Source: a virus (Duplodnaviria; Caudoviricetes). Taken from it: 64,000 bases of DNA. Below the pieces are notes generated by a model, which saw nothing but the letters and a program-made list of their open reading frames with translations, had not been told where the DNA came from and made no database searches. The stretch spans positions 1,547 to 65,546 of IMG/VR virus record IMGVR_UViG_3300036952_000026. One strand, 5' to 3'. Numbering within the stretch: position 1 is the first letter of the stretch; every line of letters begins with the position of its first letter. Shown piece by piece: positions 17,455-25,679 of the stretch. The translations under genes were made by a program, and so were the position numbers.

Positions 17455-19753
17455 CTACTTGTAGCGCTTGAGAATCCTCTTCCGAACACGCACGACGCGA
17501 ATGTTCGAGAACTCTTCTTCCTTGTCTCGAGCCGCAGCGAAAGCCAGGGCTACCTTCTTGGTGAGCTCCCACTGAGTGAAGCGGTCGGTGGTCGTAACGT
17601 TCCTGAAGTCGGTAACGTCGTACCAGACCTCGTAGTACTTGCGTCTGAACATGTGCCCTCCTAGGGGTGTTGGTAGCCTTCCGGCATGCGGTTCTTTTCA
17701 GCAGCTGTCCAGTAGTTCTCACCACTGCGCGCTCGATCGCGCATACGATACGCGTCTTTGATCTGAGCTTCTAGGCCCTCCAGCTCGACACGAAGGAGAA
17801 CGTACTCGTTGTCCAACGTAGTCTTGTACCGACCGATTGCTCGTTGGGCCTGCTTTCGGTTCTTGTTCATCTTCCGCTCAACGCGAACGATTGCTGGACG
17901 AAGCGCACGAATCAGATTGTTGTAGAGCTTAGAGCGCTTCATGCGACTCGCTGCCCCCGGAAGTGCTTGTGTCCTACGTGGAAAGAACCGTCAGCATCGT
18001 CGCGAGACCCTCCCGAAGAAGAACCACTCCCACTGATCGTACCCCCGCTCGCTCCACCAGCAAAGCTGACAGGCATCACGCCGACGTGCAAAGAGATGTC
18101 GTGCCCGTGTCGTCGCATGAGCTCCTTCATTCGAGCAGCTCGAGCTTGGATGCACTTGTTGCCTTGGCCGACTACGTACGGAATTTCTTCCGCCACGAAC
18201 TCTTTGATCTGTTCGATGGTCATGTGTTCGCGCTTCTTACCCATTAGAGCCTCCTGATTGGTTGTAGTTACTCATCCAGATGATGTTGTGCCACGAATAC
18301 CGCCGACCGCGATCGTCAACGAACCACAAAGGACCGCCCATGTGGTCTTCTACGACTTGTACGATGACGATGATCTGAGCAGGTCCGCTTACGAACTGAA
18401 CCCACTTCCGTCCGATCCAGGACCACTCGTCGTCATCGATCATGCGAGATCTCCTTGATCGTACACTCAGGGTTGGGTGGATCGAGAACCAAGTTGATGC
18501 TGTACAGCCTGGCTATGTGTTGCGTGCGGTTCTTCCAGCTACGGCGATTGTCCTGAAGGTCTTGCAACCACTCGGGTCGCCACGCGGGACTCTTCAACCG
18601 AAGCATCACTTGCGTCTTCGTGGGATCGGCCTTACCGGCACGCTCGAACGTAAGCTCGAGATTCGTCTTCGGTCCGTCGTCGGCAGGGTGGGTGGTGAAA
18701 CCAACGGACACGCAATCCGAAAGGTCAGTCATTACTTTTCTCCTCTGGTGCTGGACGCCAACTGATGACTTTTCCCCAGTCATAGTGAGCGCCGTTTTCG
18801 TCGATGATGTCGAGCATTCGGCCCAACGCGTCGTACCGGATGTCGGTGATGACGATTGGTGTGGGATCTTCTTCGAAGGAGCCCATCCACCTGAAGTAGA
18901 TCGGCATTCTCATGTACTCAGCAACGGAAGCCATTACACGAACCGGTTGTTCATGATCGGAAGGGGCTTCTTGGTGACCTTGTAGAAGTAACCCTGGCAG
19001 GTGTCGCACCACACCAGATCAGGATGACCAGGCACCTCTTCGAGATCTGCTTCCTTGCAGTCGGGACCGTGTTCGTAATACTCGAGATCTTCTTCGGTGA
19101 AACTCATATCAACTCCTTGGGAGTCGGAAGGGGGCCTTGGTCTTACCTTGACCGTGGTCTGGTTCTGGTTCGTCGAACACGTTGGTGTGTCCGATGAGAA
19201 GAGACGTGCCGTCAACATCGTGACCGAACATGACGTCGTAGAGCTCTGGACTCATCTTGTCGCGTTTGAACTCCGCGTCGTACGTCACATTGCCCGCGTC
19301 ATCCACGTCGATATCGCATGTACCCACTGGCACGCCTGCGATCTTGAGCACAACACCCTTCTTGGGCTTGAACGCGTGTGGTGCGATCGTTGTTCCTTCG
19401 GGAAGATCCTCCAAGTAGACAACTTCTTCGGATGATGGCTTCATGTTTCTCCTTAAGGGTATAGGGGTACAAGTCAAAAGTCCGTGTAGGACTCTCGACC
19501 TGGCCGATCAGACCTTGGCGACTTCCTTCACCAGGGTGCGGACCGTGCCGTTGGCAAGGCGGATCATGATGACCGACGCGCCGTCCTCGCGGAGGAGCAG
19601 GTCAGCGCTCTTGATCGCAGCGCCCTTGAGGGCCTCATGCGTCAGGAACTTGCACGCCGCGAAGCCTGCGCCCACACCGATGGTGTAGCCGAAGACGTAT
19701 GCGCGGAACGATTCGGGATCTTCCTTGATGCTCTGTCGGGTCTTCTTGAACAT
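17455..19753 (-). CDS. operon of about 10 small hypothetical CDSs (17455-17652, 17661-17942, 17939-18244, 18237-18443, 18433-18783, 18725-18934, 18934-19107, 19109-19444, 19508-19753)
   Basis: Tightly packed or overlapping minus-strand ORFs, most with AGGAG SDs. Confidence 0.6.
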
Positions 19754-19844
19754 TGCTTTCTCCTTGGGTTGGTTTGAGATCGACACACGCCTATGCACCG
19801 TGTGGGTAACGGGCATAGGGTGGGGGGAACCGAGCAGGGGTGGC

Positions 19845-19928
19845 TCAGTCGTTGGTCTTCGCGTAGACGACTCCGGCCACGCCGAGGGCGGCGAGGACGA
19901 TGGCGACGATGGCGATGATCTTCTTCAT
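19845..19928 (-). CDS. cassette gene, 27-aa hydrophobic peptide MKKIIAIVAIVLAALGVAGVVYAKTND
   Basis: Promoter motif, SD and hand translation. Confidence 0.7.
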   Translation of the reverse strand: MKKIIAIVAIVLAALGVAGVVYAKTND

Positions 19929-20037
19929 GGGTTTCTCCTGTTGTGGGGTTCTCATTACACGCGTTGTAAAACTTGCGAGAAGCCTACACCGCATGTGGGG
20001 GCATGGGTGTAGGGTGGAACTTCACCTGACGGGATAG

Positions 20038-20199
20038 TCAGGCTCGTCGGAACGAGCGCACGAGGTTCGCGAGGCCATCGAGCACGTCCCGGAGGGCGTT
20101 GCCCACGGCGCGGAAGATGGACTTCACGCCGAGGACGGCAGCCAGGAACGTGGCGATGACGATCACGGCCAGCGTGAGCATGATTGCGATGATGAGCAT
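20038..20199 (-). CDS. cassette gene, 53-aa membrane protein MLIIAIMLTLAV...
   Basis: Promoter motif and SD. Confidence 0.75.
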   Translation of the reverse strand: MLIIAIMLTLAVIVIATFLAAVLGVKSIFRAVGNALRDVLDGLANLVRSFRRA

Positions 20200-20325
20200 G
20201 GGTTTCTCCTGATGTGGGGTTGGGTTCTCATTACACCCCATGTAAATGCTGCGACAGGCTTACACCCCGTGTATTGCGGGGGCTTGGGCCCGAGTTCACT
20301 GCTCCGTGCAGCGAGCTCATGTTGT

Positions 20326-20487
20326 TTACGGGTTGTCGTGCGACTCCTTGAGCTCTTCTTCGAATCTCCACAACCCTTCACAGAAATCGCACCACCGATC
20401 AACGGCGGCACTGATGTAGCGTTGGGCAATGAAGAACAGCGGAAATAGCACAATGAATCTGACCACGACGAATGCCGTGTGCAGCAT
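20326..20487 (-). CDS. cassette gene, 53-aa membrane protein MLHTAFVVVRF...
   Basis: Promoter motif and SD. Confidence 0.7.
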   Translation of the reverse strand: MLHTAFVVVRFIVLFPLFFIAQRYISAAVDRWCDFCEGLWRFEEELKESHDNP

Positions 20488-20579
20488 GTTGCTCCTGGGT
20501 GGTTGGATGTTCTCATTACATCCGTTGTAGGGGTTGCGGAACGACATAGATGCCTTGTGGGGCACCCAGAGGTCGTGGA

Positions 20580-20738
20580 TCAACGGCGGTAGTAGGTCCG
20601 CGGGGGTCCGTAGTTGCGCTGGACACCCAGGCGCTTCTCGGCGTACCGGTTGATCAGTCGCGTCAGGGTTCTGACGGTCTTGATGATCTGGTACATCAGG
20701 AAGGCGCGGGTGACGAACGAGCAAAAGCGGTTCTTCAT
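20580..20738 (-). CDS. cassette gene, 52-aa basic protein MKNRFCSF...
   Basis: Promoter motif and SD. Confidence 0.7.
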   Translation of the reverse strand: MKNRFCSFVTRAFLMYQIIKTVRTLTRLINRYAEKRLGVQRNYGPPRTYYRR

Positions 20739-20824
20739 GGGTTTTCTCCTGTGGTTGATTCTCATTACACCCCTTGTAGAGAATGCGAAAGAGAGATGCC
20801 TTGTATGGCAGAGCTCCCATTGCA

Positions 20825-21001
20825 CTAGCTGACGGGGGTCAGGTGGGGTGGATCGGTCTGGTCGTCCTCGGTCTTCTTGAGGCCCAGCGGGTCGTTCATG
20901 TACGTCGCGTAGAACCAGGCAGCGAGGGTGCTGCCGGTCAACACGCCGATCGTGAACAACACGATGGCTCGGTAGAATGCGAGGGCGGTCTTCTGGATCA
21001 T
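20825..21001 (-). CDS. cassette gene, 58-aa membrane protein MIQKTALAFY...
   Basis: Promoter motif, AGGAGG SD, hand translation. Confidence 0.7.
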   Translation of the reverse strand: MIQKTALAFYRAIVLFTIGVLTGSTLAAWFYATYMNDPLGLKKTEDDQTDPPHLTPVS

Positions 21002-21087
21002 GATTCCTCCTAAGAATCAGTTAATGTCATTATACCCTATGTAAACCGTGCGAAAGAGAGATGCTTTGCAGCAGAGCTCTCCTTCGA

Positions 21088-21300
21088 TTACTTCTTCTCG
21101 AAGGTGAAGGACACGACCTTCTGGTCGGCGTCGAACGTGGTGGTCAGCTTGACGATGCCGAACGCCGGGACGATGTTGTTCCGCACAGCGAGGATCAAGA
21201 GCTCCTCATTGAGGGTCTTGGGCCGGTGTGCGAGAATGTCGTCGTGGGCGCCCAGCTCGAAAAGAGTGGACTTCTGGGATTCGATCAGACGAAGGGCCAT
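21088..21300 (-). CDS. cassette gene, 70-aa protein MALRLIESQ...
   Basis: Promoter motif and SD. Confidence 0.75.
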   Translation of the reverse strand: MALRLIESQKSTLFELGAHDDILAHRPKTLNEELLILAVRNNIVPAFGIVKLTTTFDADQKVVSFTFEKK

Positions 21301-21386
21301 TGTTTCTTCTCCTTGATTGGGTTCTCATTAAGAGCCGTGTATAACCCGCGAAACAGAGATGCCTTGTGGGGCAGAGCTCCGTTCGA

Positions 21387-21599
21387 TCAGTACGGGCCGT
21401 TGGCTCGCATGTGGTCGACGATCGTGCTGGTGAGGCCCATCTCTTCCACGGCGGCCTCCACCTGGTGGAACTTCTCACGCTCGAACATCAGGAAGAACAG
21501 CGCGAGGCTGGTTCCTGAGATCAAGACGTAGGTCGTTCCCTGGTAGAGGTCGGCGCGGTTGTCTGGGTTGTTGTACCAGCGTCGGATCTTCTTCAACAT
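21387..21599 (-). CDS. cassette gene, 70-aa membrane protein MLKKIRRWY...
   Basis: Promoter motif and SD. Confidence 0.75.
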   Translation of the reverse strand: MLKKIRRWYNNPDNRADLYQGTTYVLISGTSLALFFLMFEREKFHQVEAAVEEMGLTSTIVDHMRANGPY

Positions 21600-21689
21600 G
21601 GGTTTCTCCTTGGGTTGAACTTCTCATTAGAGGCATTGTAGAGAATGCGAAAGAGAGATGCCTTGTGGGGCAGAGCTCCCGTTGAAGGG

Positions 21690-21917
21690 CTACTTCAACA
21701 CGGTGAACGGGGTGTCCTGGGGGACGATGAGGCGCAGCTCCATCAGGTCCTGGTGCTTGCGGCAGAGGTGCTTGGCGCCGACGGGCCAGACCACCACGAT
21801 CACCTGATCCCGGGCGTTGAGGCCGAGGTTGGTGATGCGGTAGTCGTTCCCGCCGAGCTGCACGAACTGGTTGAGCTTCAGGTCGATGGCGTTGAGGGTC
21901 TTCGTCTTCTTGGGCAT
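21690..21917 (-). CDS. cassette gene, 75-aa beta-rich protein MPKKTKTLNA...
   Basis: Promoter motif and SD. Confidence 0.75.
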   Translation of the reverse strand: MPKKTKTLNAIDLKLNQFVQLGGNDYRITNLGLNARDQVIVVVWPVGAKHLCRKHQDLMELRLIVPQDTPFTVLK

Positions 21918-22002
21918 GGAGTTCTCCTTGTTGTTGTCTCCATTACATCCCTTGTAGGAAATGCGAAACAGAGATGCCTTGTAGGCAGAGCTCCGTCTGG
22001 AA

Positions 22003-22245
22003 TCACTTCCAGAATTGCCAGAACTTCTTCTTGCGAGGTTCGGACTTCGACCAGGTGGCCAGGTCTTGGGCGACGAGGCGCATCTCAGCGATGGACTCCG
22101 CCAGGTCTCGGTGGGCATCGAGGATCTCTCCGCGGGTGAGCGGGTTGACATCGACGCTTCCGAGGCGCTGGTTGAGGTCCTTCAACTTGTCTGCGTATCG
22201 CCGAAGCTGGTCGCGGCCGTAATCCATCTCGAATTGACGGTTCAT
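22003..22245 (-). CDS. cassette gene, 80-aa coiled-coil protein ending KKKFWQFWK
   Basis: Promoter motif and SD. Confidence 0.75.
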   Translation of the reverse strand: MNRQFEMDYGRDQLRRYADKLKDLNQRLGSVDVNPLTRGEILDAHRDLAESIAEMRLVAQDLATWSKSEPRKKKFWQFWK

Positions 22246-22331
22246 GGTGTCTCCTGTGGTTGGTTCTCATTACACGCGTTGTACCTCATGCGACAAAGAG
22301 AGATGCTTTGCAGCAGAGCTCCCCTGGTGAA

Positions 22332-22493
22332 CTACCAGTTGTTCTTCATGTAGCGAAGCAGGGACGTCTCGCCGGTCCGCGCCTCGACCACCTGGGGCCA
22401 GATCTGTCGCGCCCGCCGCAGGTTGCGGGGGAACGAGAACAGGCCTTCGATGATGAGGGCGAGGACGACGAATCGCCCGATGAGCTTGAGCAT
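22332..22493 (-). CDS. cassette gene, 53-aa protein MLKLIGRFVVLAL...
   Basis: Promoter motif, SD, hand translation. Confidence 0.7.
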   Translation of the reverse strand: MLKLIGRFVVLALIIEGLFSFPRNLRRARQIWPQVVEARTGETSLLRYMKNNW

Positions 22494-22584
22494 GGTTTCT
22501 TCTCCTGGTTGATGGTTCTCATTATGAGGCGTGTAATCTATGCGAAAGAGAGATGCCTTGTGGGCAGAGCTCCCTTGGAACGGA

Positions 22585-22776
22585 CTAGAGGGACTGGCCG
22601 AACGTGATTCGCTTCAGGCGGATCAGGAACGCCACCGGCGCCAGGGCCACCGGGTACAGGTACAGCTTGTACGGGTTGGTCTCGAAGGACTTGGCCTCGT
22701 TCTTGATGTACAGGTACTGGGTGACGATGGTGTAGGGGGCGAGGATGATCTCACCGATCAAGCGGATGATCAGCAT
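22585..22776 (-). CDS. cassette gene, 63-aa hydrophobic protein MLIIRLIGEI...
   Basis: Promoter motif and SD. Confidence 0.7.
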   Translation of the reverse strand: MLIIRLIGEIILAPYTIVTQYLYIKNEAKSFETNPYKLYLYPVALAPVAFLIRLKRITFGQSL

Positions 22777-22877
22777 GGGTTTCTCCTTGTTGTGGGTTCT
22801 CATTATGAGACGTGCAGGATATGCGACAAAAGGAAAGGCGTTGTCTAAGCCCCGTGTGGGGGCGTAGACGTCGGGAA

Positions 22878-22991
22878 CTACCAGTGGTAGTTCGGTCGGA
22901 CGAGGTCGTTGTCCACCGAGTACTCGCGGGCCCGGTCGCTGCCGAAGCAGGTTCCGAACGCGTAGTACAGGGCGGTGACGATCTTCATCAT
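22878..22991 (-). CDS. cassette gene, 37-aa peptide MMKIVTALYY...
   Basis: Promoter motif, SD, hand translation. Confidence 0.65.
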   Translation of the reverse strand: MMKIVTALYYAFGTCFGSDRAREYSVDNDLVRPNYHW

Positions 22992-23081
22992 GACTTCTTC
23001 TCCTGGGGGTTGGTTCTCATTACAACCACTGTAGGATATGCGAAGACCGTTGTACCTTGTGGGGTACGCTGGCCTCGAGGG

Positions 23082-23231
23082 TCACTCGGGGTAGATCTTC
23101 TTCAGGGTCTCGCTGTGCTTGTCGTAGATGTCGCTGTTCAGCCGCTCCCCCAACTCGTGGGCCTTGAGGCCGTATGAGTCGAGAGCGCTGGCGAACGACG
23201 AGATGATGCGGACGTACATGATGCGGATCAT
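23082..23231 (-). CDS. cassette gene, 49-aa protein MIRIMYVRII...
   Basis: Promoter motif, SD, hand translation. Confidence 0.65.
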   Translation of the reverse strand: MIRIMYVRIISSFASALDSYGLKAHELGERLNSDIYDKHSETLKKIYPE

Positions 23232-23330
23232 GGGTTGAATCTCCTGTTGTTGGTTCTCATAATAAGGGCTGTAAATCGTGCGAGAAAATACAAGACCATT
23301 GTGCCTTGTAGGGCACGCCGGCCTTGGACA

Positions 23331-23370
23331 TCAGCCTCGGGGCTGGGTCACGTCGATCTCGATCGATCAT
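23331..23370 (-). pseudogene. collapsed cassette gene relic
   Basis: ATG ATC G joined out of frame to ATC GAG ATC GAC GTG ACC CAG CCC CGA GGC TGA, between an intact promoter and hairpin. Confidence 0.5.
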
Positions 23371-23479
23371 GATTTCTTCTCCTGGTGGTTGGATGTTCTC
23401 ATTATGACCCTTGCAGATTATGCGAAAGCGATAACCCTTGCCCCATGCGCGAGGCACGGGGGTTGGGTTGGTTGAGGGA

Positions 23480-23614
23480 CTACTGGGGGTCGGCTCCGAA
23501 GAGCATCATCACGAGGCCGATCACGGTCAGCACCATCCAGAGCCCGAACAAGCCGGCGAGCAGCTTGAGGGTGTTGGTGGCGATGAAACGGACGGCGTTG
23601 TTGATGGCGGTCAT
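23480..23614 (-). CDS. cassette gene, 44-aa membrane protein MTAINNAVRF...
   Basis: Promoter motif, SD, hand translation. Confidence 0.7.
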   Translation of the reverse strand: MTAINNAVRFIATNTLKLLAGLFGLWMVLTVIGLVMMLFGADPQ

Positions 23615-23657
23615 GGGTTTCTCCTGGTGTAGGGTTCTCATTATTAGGGCTGTAATT

Positions 23658-23801
23658 CCTGCGAGAACAAAAGGAAAATACGTGTAGGAACAACGAGCGG
23701 GGCCAGAATAGAGGCTTACGAGTGATCAACTCGCAATCTCTAAACCGGCCCCGCCGTCTGTCAGAGGACTACCTCCTCGCTATCACCCCGGGGGATGACC
23801 C
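23658..23801 (-). repeat. structured element copy 1 (conserved 53+61 nt flanking a variable 30-nt hairpin)
   Basis: Near-identical to 24304-24438; GCGGGGCC/GGCCCCGC stem. Confidence 0.85.
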
Positions 23802-23837
23802 ATGTACCATGCACGAGGCATAGTACTGGGGTCTGGG

Positions 23838-23966
23838 TTACTTGTAGGTGTGGTGCATCTTGAGGATGAACACCGCAACCGCGAAGAGGTCCAGCAGGAT
23901 GTAGGCGAAGAATCGCCGACGGTCCGTATGGAACATCTTGAGGTTGGGGATGATCATGAACAGCAT
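23838..23966 (-). CDS. cassette gene, 42-aa membrane protein MLFMIIPNLK...
   Basis: Promoter motif, AGGAGGT SD, hand translation. Confidence 0.65.
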   Translation of the reverse strand: MLFMIIPNLKMFHTDRRRFFAYILLDLFAVAVFILKMHHTYK

Positions 23967-24050
23967 GATTGATACCTCCTAGTATCTCATTACAAGGCCT
24001 GTAATTCCTGCGAGAAACAGAGGTGCCTTGTAGGCAGAGCTCCGTCGGAA

Positions 24051-24260
24051 CTAGTCCTGGATCTTGCATTCGCTGATGTAGTTGATCTGGTCCTGGATCT
24101 TCGCGATCGTCAGCGTGAGGTCGTTCATGATCGACCCGCAGATCTCCTCCAAGGAACGGTCATCGTAGTCGATGAACATCTTGGCGAGGTCCGCGTAGTC
24201 GGCCTTGTACTTGTCACGAAGGGTCACGAGTTGATCTCGGATGGTCTTGTAATCAGGCAT
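24051..24260 (-). CDS. cassette gene, 69-aa coiled-coil protein MPDYKTIRD...
   Basis: Promoter motif and SD. Confidence 0.75.
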   Translation of the reverse strand: MPDYKTIRDQLVTLRDKYKADYADLAKMFIDYDDRSLEEICGSIMNDLTLTIAKIQDQINYISECKIQD

Positions 24261-24303
24261 GGGTTTCTCCTGGGGGTTGGTTCTCATTACAACCGCTGCA
24301 GAT

Positions 24304-24438
24304 CCTGCGAGAACAAAAGGAAAATACGTGTAGGAACAACGAGCGGGGCCAGAATAACAAGTGTGGACACCACCTGTTAAACCGGCCCCGCCGTCTGTCA
24401 GCGGACTACCTCCTCGCTATCACCCCGGGGGATGACCC
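24304..24438 (-). repeat. structured element copy 2 (variable 21-nt hairpin)
   Basis: One mismatch to copy 1 across 114 conserved nt. Confidence 0.85.
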
Positions 24439-24461
24439 GAATCGGAGGGCTCCACTGCGTC

Positions 24462-25037
24462 CTAGTACCGCTCTTCTCCTCGGATGCCCAGCGCGTCACG
24501 CTGTTCACGCGAGAAGGTCTTTCCACCCTCACCTTCGCGACGCGGAAGAACCAGCGACTTGACCGCCCACATGACGGTCTCCTCGAGATGGACCTTGGCT
24601 TGCGCGGTCTCGGGGGTGTCTCGGGTCACGCGATCGATCAGCTCACAGAGCTCGTCGGCCTTGTGACGGATCTCCATGATGCGCTCGAGGTTGGCTTCAT
24701 CCGGGGCGTGGTTGGTCAGCGACATGGCGAGGCTGGACTGAAGCGGCTCGTCGAGCTCCTTGGACCGATGCTTGGCCCGGATCGATCGCACCGACTGCTG
24801 GGTGATCCCAAGTGCTTCGCCGATGTCCGCATCGTTGAGACCTTCTTCGGTCATGTCGAGGATGCGTCGAAGCCTCCACTGGGCTTCGGTCTCGTCGTAC
24901 TGACGAAGCTCCTGAGCTCGGTAGTCCTGGGGCAGTCCAGCGTCGCTCTTCTCACCCTCGTCGGGGTCGGGCTTCACGTCTTGGACTGGGCACGCGTGAT
25001 CGGGATCGTCAGATCCACACTTGGCGCATTGGTACAT
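24462..25037 (-). CDS. HTH plus Acb2/Tad1-like helical hairpin fusion protein
   Basis: GLNDADIGEALGITQQSV (HTH); TNHAP..ERI.EIRHKA.EL..LI...ETAQAKVHLEETVMWAVK. Confidence 0.6.
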   Translation of the reverse strand: MYQCAKCGSDDPDHACPVQDVKPDPDEGEKSDAGLPQDYRAQELRQYDETEAQWRLRRILDMTEEGLNDADIGEALGITQQSVRSIRAKHRSKELDEPLQSSLAMSLTNHAPDEANLERIMEIRHKADELCELIDRVTRDTPETAQAKVHLEETVMWAVKSLVLPRREGEGGKTFSREQRDALGIRGEERY

Positions 25038-25052
25038 GCTTTCTCCTTTTTG

Positions 25053-25585
25053 TTATGAGTAGAACTGTTCTCGGTTGAGAACGATCCTGCTTCCTTGGTC
25101 GTTGAGCTCGGAAGTCCAGCCTTCGACGTCTCGATCGATGCCTTGGCTGTCGTAGACCTGCACTCTGGTGTCGGGTGGGACCTTCTGCAGAATTTCGATG
25201 AGCTCTGCAGCGGTCATCCGTGTGACCGCCATCTTGCGTTGGGGTGTTCCTGCGAAGCCTGCCGCATCCGCTTGAGGATCGGGACCAGCTCGTCGTAGTT
25301 GTCCCAACCATTACTCGGGTTCATGGCGCGGTACTTCTCGGGGTCTTTCTCGAGCTGCACGATGGTGGCGTCGAGGAAGGCTGCTCCGAGGTTGGCGTTG
25401 AGCCCATCGAGAACTCGGTACCAGCTGTCCTCACCCATCAGGTCGATGAAGTCCTGATCACCCGATGCCTTGATGGCTTCGAAGAGCATTCCTCCAAGGT
25501 TGTGGGTGCAGTCCTGCGTGATGACCGTTGCGCTGAACTCACTATCGATAGGGCCCGGGTACTCGAGCGTTGCATCCCATCCCAT
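25053..25585 (-). CDS. two small phage proteins (25053-25217 MTAAELIEILQKVP; 25214-25585 MGWDATLEY...NPSNGW)
   Basis: Coupled ORFs with SD; motifs typical of phage hypotheticals. Confidence 0.65.
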
Positions 25586-25679
25586 GTGTTTCTCCTTTGT
25601 TGTTTTCGGTCTACCCCGGCGTCTGGACAACCACCGGGGAGAGGGGCGTTTAACCCCTAAGCATCAGGATCACCTCCTT

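Larger units (their letters stand above)
19845..24310 (-). repeat. array of 17 tandem one-gene cassettes (promoter motif, C/A-rich leader, AGGAG SD, small ORF, usually a hairpin)
   Basis: 28-bp motif TCGCA-N5-TRCA-N7-TAATGAG (minus) at 19951, 20227, 20512, 20761, 21026, 21324, 21623, 21939, 22266, 22518, 22799, 23016, 23256, 23398, 23637, 23986, 24283 (left coordinates), with invariant spacing. Confidence 0.92.

Noticed and set aside
23761-24069. 102-aa ORF from the ORF track spanning promoter, gene and repeat
   Set aside because: It crosses the cassette linker; the SD-supported gene is 23838-23966 in another frame
19845-24310. CRISPR or guide-RNA array interpretation of the repeats
   Set aside because: The intervening segments are 80-250-nt ORFs with SDs, the repeats are degenerate, and no cas operon is present; the Cas4-like gene at 7733 is a common stand-alone phage nuclease
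25667-25679. 16S rRNA gene fragment
   Set aside because: Only 13 nt match; the flanks are not rRNA; better read as an extended SD on the minus strand
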